Positions 47,547 through 60,653 of a DNA stretch of 64,000 nt are shown here, piece after piece. Source of the stretch: Massalongia carnosa (Eukaryota); assembly GCA_965645245.1 (NCBI GenBank), contig OZ287073.1, positions 2,604,001 through 2,668,000 on the forward strand, in the 5' to 3' direction. The notes beneath the pieces were generated by a model that saw nothing but the letters and a program-made list of their open reading frames with translations, did not search any database and had not been told where the DNA came from. The position numbers were made by a program, and so were the translations under genes. Positions within the stretch are counted from its first letter, which is position 1; every line of letters begins with the position of its first letter.

Positions 47547-50500
47547 TGTTGGATGTTAGATGATGAGGCCACCATCATCATGGGCATCCATCATGAGCCT
47601 CGGGAGGTGCCTTGCAAAGTGCCTAAACAAGCAGAGATGGGAGACAAGGTCTGACCGTCAGGGGACAAGGTCTGACCGTCAGGAGGACAAGGTCTGACCG
47701 TCAGGGGGACAAGGTCTGACCTCCTAGATGTGACTGTTTTGTGACTGCTATATAAAGCAGACAGATAGCCCACATAGATAATCACCTTCAATGACAATCA
47801 TGCTACTATACCTACAAAGTGAATTTATATTTCATAGGTTATGAGCCCGGCTCACTTCTACTACGTTTGAATAAGCCCCTACATTGATTGTCAAACAAAC
47901 TCACCTCCACCTCTTCCACCTACCTCATTCTATATTATATATATATTCCTTTTCATATCCCACTTCAAAATCCAAGCAACCAAAGGGACCCTCTTTTTTT
48001 TTTTCCCCCCGCTCAGTAACCCCTACTCCTAAGAACGATGGCCAAAGGGGAGAGTCTATACACATTCCCAAAGCTAATGGGGAGTGGAAACTATAAGAAA
48101 TGGTCCAGAGACATGGCCTTCGCCCTGCAGGAGGCGGAACTTTGGAACTACGTGACTGGTGCTCGGAAAATGCCTCGAGAAATTCCCCCTCCATCTCAAA
48201 AAGCTGATGAGACACCCCCGGAGGAAACAGAGTAACAGCTAGAAAAGCGGGACAAACGGGACCTTGAACGCCTAGAGTTCTCGGAGAAACAAAGGAGAGT
48301 AGTTGGTAAAATAGGCAAGATGTGCACAGATGACGTGCAACAGGGATTCTTGTCGATGAGAGACCTAGCCAGTGGGGGCATCTGGGACCCGAAGGACCTT
48401 TGGGAACACCTGAAAACCCGATACACCCTCAGAAATTGGAGTGCGAAATGGAGCACATTCAACCGGCTGGAGGAGATAAACTATGAAAAATACAAGACTA
48501 TCGAGGAGTATGGTAGCCTAGTCAGGGATATCAAGGCCGAAATCACCGACATGGCCCTGACCGTTGAGCACATTGTAGTGCTCAAACTCCTCAATGGACT
48601 CGGCAGTTCATTCAACACCTACCTGACCATCCTGAACGAACAAGCTCGGCGGGAGGACAAATTCCCGGCGTTGGATGACTTACTAAAAAACCTGGAGGAC
48701 GAGGAGGCTCGTATGCGCCAGGACCCTGTCGCCGTAGCTAACATGCTGAAGGCAAAGGGGAAGAAGAACCCCACCGAACAGGGTAAGACCAAATGCAAAT
48801 GCTGTGGTTATAATCACTCCGGAAAATGCAGGCATAGCAACGCTACATGTAGGAAGTGTAGTAAGATTGGCCATCTGGAACGCGTTTGTGAAAGCAAAGA
48901 AGGTAATGAAACCTCAACCCCCAAATAGTTTGTACAATAAGGGAATGTTCCGGGAAAAGAACCCAGGAAACACCGCTTATTTGTATGGCAAATCTGTACC
49001 GAGGTCCCAAGAATGCCCACGATCTATTGATCGACTCCGGTGCCACCGCGCACATTATATGCAATAAAGGTCTCTTTCAAGAAGGGACCTTTCGGAGCGA
49101 AATAGCTGTTTAGAAACAGGTTCCGGAGAGGTGTTATCGACAGAGGGGAAAGGCTCTCTACTCGTATCACTGGACAATGGAAATGGAGGTGTAACGGACC
49201 TCATTTTGACCAACGTCCTTTTCGCCCCCGACCTAAAATTCAACCTCATCAGCACAATACAACTCGGCAAAAAGGGCATATCTACGTACCTGATGGCGGA
49301 TGACAAGCCCGCTCAACTGGTGCATAAAGGAAAGGTGGTTGGACTGGCCAAAACAATAAATAATCAGTATGTTTTGCAGACAACCACTATTAGCCCTACC
49401 GAAGTACGGGCCCTCACCACCACAAACGGTACAAAGGCCCCTATCCAAACATGGCACGAACGACTCGGCCATCTCAGCTACCCAAACCTCCTAAAATTAA
49501 ATCATTTAGCCAATGGAGTCACCATCGAAGGACCCATACCAGAAGAAGTATGCGGCTCATGCATGATGGGAAGACAACAGCGGAAAATAAATCGCACTCC
49601 ACGAACCCGAGCAACAGAATTTCTCGGAATAGTGCATAGCGACTTAGGGGACCATTTCCACTGACAAGGTTCGGTGAACGTTTTTATGCTACGATGAAAG
49701 ACGACTTCTCCGGGGTAGTGTGGATCTACCTGCTGAAAACAAAGGGTCAAACCTTCGAATGTTTTAAGCAGTTCAAGACATGGATAGAAAATCAATCGGG
49801 AAAGAAAATAAAGAGACTCCGAGCTGATGGAGGAGGGGAGTACACCAGTGGTGACTTCCAGGAATTCCTAAAGAGTGAAGGCATCCAGTGGGTGGCCCGG
49901 GCACCAAATGTGCCAGAACAGAATGGGAAGGCCGAAAGGCAAAATTATACCCTCATGGTCCCCACTCGGTCCATGATGAAGGCTAAAAAGCTCCCAAAGT
50001 CCCTTTGGGGGAAGGTCCTGAAGACGGCCGGGTACATCAAGAATAGAAGTCCCGGGGTTGACGAGGTCACTCCATATGAACGCATGAATAATGCGAAACC
50101 CTTCCTCGGCCACATGAGAACGGTCGGGGCTAGGACGTGTGTACATATCCCAAAAGAGAAGCGCAAGAAGCTGGACGATCGGTCCTGGCAGGGGATATTT
50201 GTTGGGTATGAAGGAAACAATCAGTATCGAATTTACGATCCTCTCACTGGAAAAGTCCATGTTTGTCGCGATATCACCGTCGACGAAGGCAATATATATG
50301 ATTCCAAGGACAAAAAGGCCTGGGACCTAGCCAACATTCCATGGGAGGGAGACGATAATGCTTTGTTTGATGACCCAGATGATTTTGTTGATGAAAACAA
50401 AAGTCATAATCCGTCATCTTCGTTGTCTCCAAAAACTCCGAGCTCTGAAATATCGAGAAGTTCGGAAGTTCAAAATGAAACGGCCCCACCAGCACCACGG

Positions 50501-52332
50501 ATAGTGCTACATCCAATGGGAGTAAATGCTTCGGGGGGAGGCCGAGAAGAGGAGAATGGGGGGGAGAGTGACTCCGATGAAGTGGAGGACATTCCTCGCC
50601 AGCCCATCGAACCTCGAAGATCTGGACGAATAAGGGTCCCCAGTCAAAGAGCACTGGAGAACATTCGTCCCAGCATCAACACCGTATGCAGTTCAAACCA
50701 GGTCCCGAAATCCCATGAGCACATGGTGCGGGTGCTAGCAACCCTGGCAGGAGGCGAGGACAATGAGGGCCTCGATGATCCTTTGACACTGAAAGAGGCT
50801 ATGTCCTCACCCCACTGGGATCAATGGAGAAAGGCCATGGAGACCGAGTATCAATCGCTAGTGGAGAATGAAACTTGGACACTAGAAAGGGCACCGACTG
50901 ATCGAAAGGTGATCACCGGTCGCTGGGTGTTCAAAATAAAGAAAGACAGAGATGGGAAAGTACTGAAGTACAAAGCGAGATGGGTAGTTCATGGCTATAA
51001 ACAAAAGGAAGGCCTGGACTACCTCGACACCTTTGCCACAGTGGTAAAACCAGTCTCTTATAAGGCATTGATGGGAATCAGTGTAAAGAAGGGACTGTCC
51101 ATTCATCACATGGATGTGGTGACTGCTTTCCTGTATGGCTTCCTAGATGAAGCCATATATGTCATACAACCCACCTTGTTCGAAAAAGGGGAGAACAAGG
51201 TCTGCTTACTACGAAAGGCCCTATATGGCCTAAAACAATCCCCTCGTGTATGGTACCAGACCCTGCAGGATTTTCTGCAAAAGATGGGGTTTAAACGAAC
51301 AGATTCGGATCATGGAGTCTTTGTATCGGACGATATCTTTATAGCGATTTACGTTGACGACCTTCTCATCTTCGGAAAAGACACTTCAAAATTGCAGCAA
51401 TTGCAACACGAATTGAAGTCCCGTTTCCGCATGACGGACTTGGGAGAAGTCTCCCATTATCTGGGAATCGAAGTCGATGTCAACATCGAAAAATCGGTTA
51501 TAACTCTTCGACAAACAACCTACCTGAAGAAGGTGCTGCAGCGATTTAATATGGTCGACTGCAGGCCCATTTCCACCCCCATGGACCCCGGTGCCGGAAA
51601 CACACTCATGCCGTCGGATGACCAGGCTGACAAGGAAACAATTACCTGGTACCAGTCGGTGGTGGGCTCGCTGATGTGGCCAGCCATGCATACACGCCCC
51701 GACATCGCTTATGCAGTGGGAGTACTGAGTCGATATTGTTCGAACCCAGGCCCATTACACTGCAAATATCTTCAGCGCATTATGCGCTATATATCCAGTA
51801 CCCTAAATACAGGCCTCGTGTTTAGAAAAGACACCGAGGATGACATTGTGGGATACTCGGACTCCGATTATGCTGGAACGAAAGATGGGAGAAAATCGAC
51901 CGGGGCCTATACGTTTTTGTTAGCAGGCGCCCCAATTTCCCACTGTTCCAAGCTACAACCTACCGTCGCCCTATCCACCTGCGAGGCCGAATATATGGCT
52001 CTGACGGAAGCAGCTAAAGAGGCCATTTGGTGCGCGCGATTTCTGGCCGAGTTAGGATATCGGAAGAAGGACACCCCTGTCCTACTTCGAGGGGACAATC
52101 AAGGGTCAATTGCATTGGCTGAAAACCCCGAATTCCACCGTCGAACCAAGCACATCGAAATCAAATGGCATTGGATCAGGGAGGTGGTTGAATTGGGAAG
52201 GGTAAGCATCAAGTTTATCCCTACCACAGAGATGGTGGCAGATGGGCTTACAAAGCCACTGGCCGCTAAACCCTTTGAGGACTTTAAGTCAATGCTTGGC
52301 ATGGGCTAAACCCAAAGAGGAAAAAATATCCG
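47547..52332 (+). mobile_element. Ty1/Copia LTR retrotransposon lacking its 3' LTR
   Basis: Putative 5' LTR ~47547-47836 (four copies of ACAAGGTCTGACC), PBS GGTTATGAGCCCGG at 47837, gag-pol, then fused to another element's LTR. Left boundary uncertain. Confidence 0.85.
48038..52309 (+). pseudogene. Copia gag-pol with a stop and frameshifts; 871-aa IN-RT-RNase H portion open
   Basis: Knuckle CRKCSKIGHLERVC, LIDSGA, WHERLGH, RADGGGEY, YGLKQS, YVDD, YSDSD, ADGLTK. Confidence 0.93.
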
Positions 52333-52535
52333 GAGCAATCTGTTCCTTTTATCTTGGTCACCTCTGCTAAGCGAGATGATAATAGTTTATCCGAGCCTCT
52401 ATGCGATTAGATTAGATCTGATCTTATCTAATCTATCGGCTAGGCAATGCTGGTAGAAGTTGAACATTCAACACCCTCCCTCAAGTTCTGCCAGTACTTG
52501 TTCTGATGATCAAAACCGCGCTGCACGGTGTGAAC

Positions 52536-55500
52536 TCAACTAGATGAATTCATGTGAAGTTGTCTGATGAAGGAGAAGAATTTGACGTGGGTAAGCGGTT
52601 TGGTCAGTCCGTCCGCTACCATGTGTTCTGTTGAAACATAGGTAAGGTCTATTCGACCCTCTGTGACCTCATTCCGTATGAAGTGATGCTGAATGTCGAT
52701 GGGCTTAGTCCTTGAATGTAAGACGGGATTATTGGCCAGTGCTATAGCACTCTGATTATCACCTTTCAATGCTATAGCGCCTTCCCTTTCAAGTACATTC
52801 ACTGTCGGAGTAGCATCATCCTGCATCAGGCCGAGTTCTGTCATCAATAAGCGTATCCATATGGTCTCCTTAGCAGCTAAGGTGAGTGCCATATATTCGG
52901 CTTCTGTGGATGAGAGGGCAACGGTTTTCTGTCTTTATGAGGCCCAACTGATTGGTCCATTGTTCAGCATAAAGACGTATCCGGAGGTGGACTTGCGGTC
53001 TTCCTTGTCACTGGCCCAATCAGAATCGGAATAGCCCTGTATAGACAAATCTCCGCCACCAAAGGTAATGCCTCTGTCTCTGGTTGCACTGAGATATCTG
53101 AGAATCTGCTTGGCTGCCTCCATGTGTGATTTGCCAGGATTTTTGGCATGTCGGCTGACCACTGAGGTCGCGTAGGCAATGTCAGGCCTTGTTTCTATCA
53201 TAGCAAACATGATGGAGCCGACGATTGCTTGATACTGTTTAATGTCTGATTCTGAGGCCTGGGATTCATTTCTGAATAGACTGCCTTCTTTCATTGGGGT
53301 GGTGGTAGTTTTCGCGTTCTGCATATGAAACTTCTCCAGGACCTTTTCGATGTAGGTAGATTGAGATAGTTTGATTGTTCTGTTATCGCGATTTCGTTCT
53401 ACCTTTAGGCCTAGATAATGACTGATTAGGCCCATGTCCACCATCTTGAACGCAATGTTCAGTTGTTTCTTGACTTCAGATATCATAGGAGATCCCTTTG
53501 GACCTATGATGTTCAGATCATCAACAAAGGAGGTAACAATTGGACCTCTTATTCCTGCCGAAGAGGGGAAGATACTATGATCTGCGTGAAGTTTGGACAG
53601 ACCCAGCTTGGTAAGTAGAAATTCGGATAGCCTTTCATACCATAGGCGTGGAGATTGTTTCAGGCCATAGAGAGCCTTGTTCAGTTTGCAGATCATGCCC
53701 GCTTTTTCATATCCTTTGGGCATTTGGACGTAAATCAATTGATCTATTACCCCATACAAGAATGCTGTGACGACATCAAGCTGTTCGATGTCCAAGTCAT
53801 GATGAGCTGCTATGGCAAACAATAATCGGAAGGCCATTGGTTTCACTACGGAGGCATAGGTCTGTTCGAAATCTACTCCGTACTGCTGGAGATAGCCTTT
53901 CACCACCCATCTGGATTTGTACCGTATGATATTTCCATTGACGTCTCGTTTCAGTTTGTATACCCATTTTCCACTGAGAGAAGTATGATTGGGCTCCATA
54001 TCCTCGGTTCTGACAAGAGTCCATGTTTCGTTCTCGAGAAGACTGTTGTGTTCATTGTCCATGGAACGACTCCAGCTTTCTGAATGTGAACCTTTCATAG
54101 CTTGATGGTATGTCTGAGGTTCAGCTATGTCGAGTTGAGACAGTGCGTCATAAACTTCCAATCCTGATGATCCTTCCTTTTCCAAGGTTCTGGCAAGAAG
54201 AACGAGTGGATCCTCTGTGTCTATGTCATCGTATGTAGGAGTATGATTGGGTTCATCTAAAGCTGTGTCTGATAGAAGAGACAATGCGTGTTCTATCTGA
54301 GCATGCTTTCTGGGTCTGCCACGTCCACGTTTTGGAATCGTTGTGGGGGATGAAATGACTGTTGATTTTGATGGAGTGACTATATCGGGAGTCATGATGG
54401 CCTCGTATGTAGGAACGTTGGTCTGGTCTTTGGAGATGGCGTCTTCGTGAATGCGCAGATCTTTGACCCTGATGACCCTGTAGTCCTTTTCCAGAAAGAC
54501 TCGATAGATCGTGCATCCATCGTACCCACACAAGACTCCGCGTTGGGCCCGAGGTAGAAATTTGGCCGATTTGCTGTTGGCGCCTTTGCGTTCTTCCTCA
54601 TGAATGAGGACATACACGGTTGATCCCAACACTCGCAGATGATTCAGAGGAGGTGACTTTGACTCGTAAATTTCAAATGGGGTCTTTCCGGATAAAGCAT
54701 TTGTAGGTCTGACGTTTTTTGTGTGAACCATAGCTAAAACCACCTCTGTCCATAGGTAGTCCGGAATGCCTCCTGCAATGATGGTACATCTAGTCATGTC
54801 CATGATAGTTCTGCCTGTTCGTTCAGACACACCGTTTTGTTCCTGTGAATACGGTGCGGAGGGTTCAAACGTTATCCCTTCTTTCAGGAACCAATCATCC
54901 GATTTCAGACTTCGAAGTTCTGTGCCGAAATCAGTTCGAAAGATGTTTATTGGCTTGCTCTTTCCTGTCTTGTTCTGAGCTAGACTGTAGTATGTCAACA
55001 GATGATCAAACTATTCGCTCTTCTTGATGCCTGTATACACATGAGTGTATCTGCTGGCATCGCAGGTGAAGGTAAAGAAGTACTGTTCTTCAAGAAGTCC
55101 TGCTGGTTTGATGGGTCCTACTAGATCGGAATGAACCTTTTGAAAGATGCTTGTTGCTCTCTCCTGAGGTGTCCGGTTGTATATCTTAGTGGTCTTTCCG
55201 AGTTCACAGGATGAACAGTACCAATCTTTGTTCACGTTGTCTGAGTACGACACATCGAGTCTTTTCAGAAAAGCTCGGCAGGTGATCAGGTTTAAATGAC
55301 CAAGACGCGCATGCCATGTTGACAGGTCTGTTATGGCTGACGTGTGGTAGACTGATGTGTTCGGCCACTGAAAGGTGCTCTCATCTGTCTGCATAAGATG
55401 TGTAGCCACGTCTGGGCCGTCCAAGGTCTTAGTACAAAGTTTGTATTGACTCTTGGCACATAGCCTATGATGTTCTGACTAATCCCGTTGAATAGGGTCC

Positions 55501-55837
55501 AGTTAACATTGTCATAGTAGATGTTGTTTTGGTTGAGTAGTGCCAGACTGACGAGGTTCACTGGACACTGTGGAATGAAAAGAACGTTGTTCAGTATTAA
55601 CACTGACGAGGGTGAGTCGTCCTGTAGTGCCAACGTTTTCCGGATCATTCCCCTCCCTGGAGACGTGCCATCTGATGTAGATCCTGCCAGACCTGTGGAG
55701 CGTGTTATGTAGTTGATGAACGACGGCCTGTGATTGCATACGTGCATGTCCGCTGCGCTGTCTAGTAGCCAGGTGTCTCTGTTGAGATGGTTGATGGTCA
55801 TGACCTTCTGTAGAGTGGTAGTCATGACCACTGTGAG
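52536..55837 (-). pseudogene. pol: Copia pol, in frame after the gag stop, with a later frameshift and stops
   Basis: WLLDSAA, WHARLGH, RTDFGTE, YGLKQS, FVDD, YSDSD, ADGLTK; frameshift near 55430, stops at 55011 and 52935. Confidence 0.9.
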
Positions 55838-56773
55838 TCAACTGCTCACTGTGGGAGTTGAAGTGACTGTGGTGCCTGGAGTTGACGTGGTGACTTCTGG
55901 CTTGGAGTTCTTTTGTCTCTTGACCCTCCCTGATTCAGCCGTGTCTCCTCTCGCCCGTTTTAGATGGGGGAATTTCTGGAAACACTCATCTGGCCAATGT
56001 CGTGTTCTGTTCCTATTTACACACTCTGGAACGTTGCAACTTCCGATAGGTGCTCTACCTCTGTTGGAAGCGCCAGTGTGAAAAGCCTTGACAGTTAGGT
56101 TTCGTGCATAGGCTATGAGGATTTTTGTTGTTTCCGAAAGGTTTGTGGTGTCGTGCGTCCAGTCCCTGCGGAGTTGTGCAATGAGCGGGTCATACTTGTC
56201 TGTGCAGTAACCAAGCAGCATTCCCTGAAGTACAAACTCTATGGAGTCGACGTTCACCTTGACCTCTTCGATCAACATGCCCTTGATCTGATTGAAGGCA
56301 CCGTCATACTCTGAACAGTATTGACTGACTGTGTCGAAGTCTCTCATCTTTTTCGTACTAACCCTCAAGATGACATCCGTGATGCTCATTGGTGCCACGT
56401 CTTGGAATCTATTCTTCAGAATGGCCCACATCTCGGCAGCGGTCTTGTTATTGATGAGGTTGTAGTGACATGGTGCAACCAGTCCATGGATGATTCCAAT
56501 AGCCTTGGTCATCTCGGTTTTCTGTCTGTTCTTATCATCCCGAAGTTCTTTGACGAGGATGCTGGTAGTAAGACTGGCCGGAGTAAACCCTGATACGATG
56601 AGGCTCTCTCTGATGGAGTCCAATGAGATCTCTGGTTGGATTTCCAGAATGGCTGTGTCACAGTTATTCTTCAGCAGAATGCCTCTGGTGTAACTAGCCC
56701 ATGCTGAGTAGTGCTCCGAGTTCTCTAGAAGGTGAGGCTTCTCTGTAGAACTGTTGATATCAGGAAGAGACAT
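55838..56773 (-). CDS. gag: Copia gag ending in AGT TGA
   Basis: 311-aa ORF, LENSEHYSAW, TAAEMWAILKNRF, atypical knuckle CNVPEC...HWPDEC. Confidence 0.85.
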   Translation of the reverse strand: MSLPDINSSTEKPHLLENSEHYSAWASYTRGILLKNNCDTAILEIQPEISLDSIRESLIVSGFTPASLTTSILVKELRDDKNRQKTEMTKAIGIIHGLVAPCHYNLINNKTAAEMWAILKNRFQDVAPMSITDVILRVSTKKMRDFDTVSQYCSEYDGAFNQIKGMLIEEVKVNVDSIEFVLQGMLLGYCTDKYDPLIAQLRRDWTHDTTNLSETTKILIAYARNLTVKAFHTGASNRGRAPIGSCNVPECVNRNRTRHWPDECFQKFPHLKRARGDTAESGRVKRQKNSKPEVTTSTPGTTVTSTPTVSS

Positions 56774-57189
56774 GATGAAGTCAGATGAAGAGAGTCAGAT
56801 GAAGATGAAGAAGAGGTCTCTAGTAAACTTCTGTAGATTGAAAGGTATCTAAGTTTCTGAGATTGTTGCAGGAGTAGGATGTGCACTAGAATGAATGGAG
56901 GGGATGGGAATATGTGATCTAGTTATAGACAAAACATTTCCCTTCCTTTGTCATCAAACTGTGATGTTCCTTTCTTTGCCACAACGCTTGTACCCTCATG
57001 AAAGAACTCTCTTCAGATGGTGAAACTTTCACTTGGTGGTGTGGAGATAGGGGGCTGTCGGAACCACGATCCGACCGTTCCATTTAATCGGCCTGGCCTG
57101 TTAAATGGAATAAGGTTTTTTCCGGATTCCGAATTTCCCGACTGAGGCGTTCTGCTTAATTGAAGTCTGATTACTCCATCTGTACGCGT

Positions 57190-57905
57190 AGACTAGTCAG
57201 AAAGTCTGTTGATGAATGATGCAGCAAGGATCAAACCTTGGAACTGAATTTCCGAAGTCTGTCTCTGGATCAAAGTATGTTGAGTGGTGATGCAGCAAAA
57301 GCCCTTGGGTCAACGTCAGTCATTTGATGATTCAGCAGAAATCAGACCCTGAAAGATAATTTAGATGGTCGGTCTCTGGGTCAAAGTAAGTTGAGTGGTG
57401 ATGCAGCAAAAGTCAGAATGAAGTCTGCACTTGGGTCAACGTCAGTCAATTGATGATTCAGCAGAAATCAGAGTTTCATGAGTGGTCAAGGCCGCACTGC
57501 GCGGTTTTGGAAAAAAAAAACTCAGTGAAAAGGTCTGTTCCTGGGTCAAAGTCAAATGAATGATGATGCAGCAGAGGTCAATCGTTGGAACTGGTCCACT
57601 GGAGTTCTGTCTCTGGGTCAGAGTCAAATGAATGATGATGCAGCAGAGGTCACTCATTGGAACTGGTCCACTGGAGTTCTGTCTCTGGGTCAAAGTCAAA
57701 TGAATGATGATGCAGCAGAGGTCACTCATTGGAACTGGTCCACTGGAGTCTGTCTCTGGGTCAATGTCAAATGAGTGATGATGCAGCAGAGGTCAAACCT
57801 TGGAGCTAGTCCACTGGAGTCTGCCTCTGGGTCAAAAGTCAAATGGATGGTGATGCAGCAGAGGTCAAACAATGGAATTGGTCCACTGGAGTCTGCCTCT
57901 GGGTC
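57190..57905 (-). repeat. ~63-65-bp tandem repeat array in the Copia 5' leader
   Basis: Unit GTCAAATGAATGATGATGCAGCAGAGGTCA...GGAACTGGTCCACTGGAG(T)TCTGTCTCTGG; about 10 copies, degenerating leftwards. Confidence 0.9.
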
Positions 57906-58582
57906 ATCGTCATCCTCCGGAGTGCCTCTCAGATATTCGGGCATGAGAGCATTCTGATGGTCTGATATGAAGAGAATATCTTCTGATGCTTGTAGTCTGG
58001 CAAAGACCCTCTCTGCTTATGATGTAGATGATTTCCATGCTCTTTCTGATAACCCTTTGTAGGTAGGGAACGCTGGATCAGGTGGCGTTGTTGTTAAACG
58101 TCTCTATCTGATTGAGAGGTTGTCATGATGTGCTTTCACGAAGCTGCTCAACTAGCTAGACTTGCGGGTGCGAATCCCGCCTGATTCAGGTCTGTAAACA
58201 AGTAGAGATTTTGTCTTTGCATTGTCCATCTAGTTCTTTTCGAGAAAGGATAATGATGCTCAGCTAATGATTTTGCATCGTGATGCTGCGGATAAGAATT
58301 GCTTCGATTCCTGTATGATCGATAGCGCCCTTCCGGGCTCATAACCTGTTGAATAGGTCTATGACTATGGCTATATGACTAGGTAAAGATAGGGGCCTGT
58401 ATGACTATGATGTTAAGGATGCAGAGTTGCTACGGAGTGCAGAGCAATCTGTTCCTTTTATCTTGGTCACCTCTGCTAAGCGAGATGATAATAGTTTATC
58501 CGAGCCTCTATGCGATTAGATTAGATCTGATCTTATCTAATCTATCGGCTAGGCAATGCTGGTAGAAGTTGAACATTCAACA

Positions 58583-59646
58583 AGTATACTCGGCCGATTG
58601 TTTCCGTCCATCTTGATCCATCTCCAGGCATAATCAGTGACTCTATCTGTCTTGTGTTCAAGCTTGTGCCGTTCATAAAGTTTGTCCATGCATTGGTTCC
58701 AAATCTGATGGAGACAAAGCAATGCGGGCATGTGACGTTCCTCCAGCCAAATATTATTTTGCGACTCTTGAGCATTAGAACATAATTGACCATATCGAGG
58801 ACGAGGAAAAGCATATACAGCTCACTGCTCTGGAGGTATGTCTTCAATATAGCCTGCGCAATTAGGTCTGGTCGCTCTAATTCTGTTGAGTATAGTGTTG
58901 AATTTTGCCTGTGTTTTAGCTTTGGCCGCATCCCAGAAAAGATTCCGATATGTCTTCTTCCATTTTTTATCGAAATTGTCTCCGAGATTTTTGCAACAAT
59001 GAGCACTTAAAGCGACAGGAAAATGATCAGATACTGCATATTTGATACCTTTGTTGCGATCACTAATAATCACCGCTTGTCGTCCCGAGCGAAATCGAAT
59101 ATATAATGCCATTGCCCGTAAAAAATAGATCCAGTTATCTTTGTTCTCGATTGGGACCAATGCCCACGCCAGTTCCAATACCTGATTGTTACCGTCTTGA
59201 GTAACAAGAGACAAGATCACAAGCCCGTCCGATGTCTTGCAAGCTGTACCATCACACTGAAGCACCGAACGACAATGACGAAAAGCACGCTCAGTCGCCT
59301 TTGGCAGTACCCAGCATCGTTTGAAACAACCGTTCTCATCTATCTCCAGATTTGTCCATGCTGTTCGTGTATTGTTTTGTTCTTCGCATGCTGACCAGAA
59401 TGCAGGTATATATTGAAAGCTTTGCTTAATATTGCCAAACCGCTTAATCTTGAGAAACTCTTTTGTGCGCCACATCGCAATATAGTTTGTGTTGTTTCCT
59501 CGGCTGGAAGTCTCGACGGTCATTAAATGCCTTGATTTAACCCGATGATCAGATTGCACAAGCGCTTGATTTGTCTTGTTGGTGGCTAAATACTGAACAG
59601 CATTGCTACCTGAATGGCCGGAGTGGTTCGATATTGCACAGGTATG
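58583..59646 (-). pseudogene. Internal fragment of another MULE family 1 transposase copy
   Basis: High-identity repeat of ~8986-10057; the 299-aa ORF holds the uninterrupted CDGT...IISD core; cut on both sides by Copia insertions. Confidence 0.92.
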
Positions 59647-60065
59647 TGTTGGATACCAACCTATGGCGCTAGACATTATTATGGTCACGTGTAACAGTAG
59701 ACCTATTCCGGTATGCGGCACGCATCCTGGACTAGGAGGATTTCAGACCTTAGAAGTAGAGTCATAGAATCATTAATATAACAACAATGAATAACCTCAT
59801 ACTTCTACAGGTTATGAGCCCGGCCAGCGCATAAGCTCATTAATCTTCGCTAGCGACAGGCCACAAATACCCCACACCCCCCAGAGCAAAGCACCTAGAA
59901 CGAAGAACTTCCTACCCGAAAAGGAGGAATGGTGTGAGGCGGGAGGGTTAAGACCACTTGGCTACCAAAAGGAGCCAATTCTGAAATGGCGGTGTGGAAT
60001 CAAGCCAATGCGCCTGACCACCTACCACAATAGATAGGAAGAGTGCTACGCCCACGTACTGAAAG

Positions 60066-60580
60066 GATACGAAGTAGAACGCTCATATACCAAAGGCTAC
60101 GAGGCAAACGCTCATATACCAGACGGCTACGAGGCGAAGACGCTCATACGAAGCAGAACGCTCACATACCGAAGGCTACGAGGCGGAGAACTTGCTCATA
60201 TACCAAAGGTTACGAAGCGAAGACGCTCACATACCAGACGGCTACGAGGCGAAGACGCTCATACGAAGCAGAACGCTCACATACCGAAGGCTACGAGGCG
60301 GAGAACTTGCTCATATACCAAAGGTTACGAAGCGAAGACGCTCACATACCAGACGGCTACGAGGCGAAGACGCTCATACGAAGCAGAACGCTCACATACC
60401 GAAGGCTACGAGGCGGAGAACTTGCTCATATACCAAAGGTTACGAAGCGAAGACGCTCACATACCAGACGGCTACGAGGCGAAGACGCTCATACGAAGCA
60501 GAACGCTCACATACCGAAGGCTACGAGGCGGAGAACTTGCTCATATACCAAAGGTTACGAAGCGAAGACGCTCGCATACC
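60066..60580 (+). repeat. 115-bp higher-order tandem repeat (~4.5 copies) in the Copia 5' leader
   Basis: Built from GCTCAYATACC...GGYTACGA subunits; identical ORF starts 230 bp apart (60192, 60422). Confidence 0.93.
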
Positions 60581-60653
60581 ACAACAGCCAAAAGGCAACC
60601 CACCTTCCTACAACCCAAAGGCGTTGAGAACTCTTCGCCCAAAAAACCACAAA

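Larger units (their letters stand above)
52333..58582 (-). mobile_element. Ty1/Copia LTR retrotransposon inserted into a MULE family 1 transposase
   Basis: 236-bp LTR at 58347-58582; only its last 141 bp remain at 52333-52473; PBS GGTTATGAGCCCGG, PPT GAGGGAGGG; right flank AGTATACTCGG matches MULE sequence near 8986. Confidence 0.92.

Noticed and set aside
47831..47846. LTR ending in TA before the PBS as another non-canonical terminus
   Set aside because: The partner LTR is deleted and a single CA>TA transition explains it.
48200..48235. CTGATGA...GAAA hammerhead-like core
   Set aside because: Lies in gag coding sequence and lacks the required stems.
48915..48935. Possible programmed frameshift at the gag-protease junction (CCCCCAAATAG)
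   Set aside because: The same element has other single-base indels; decay or sequencing error is simpler.
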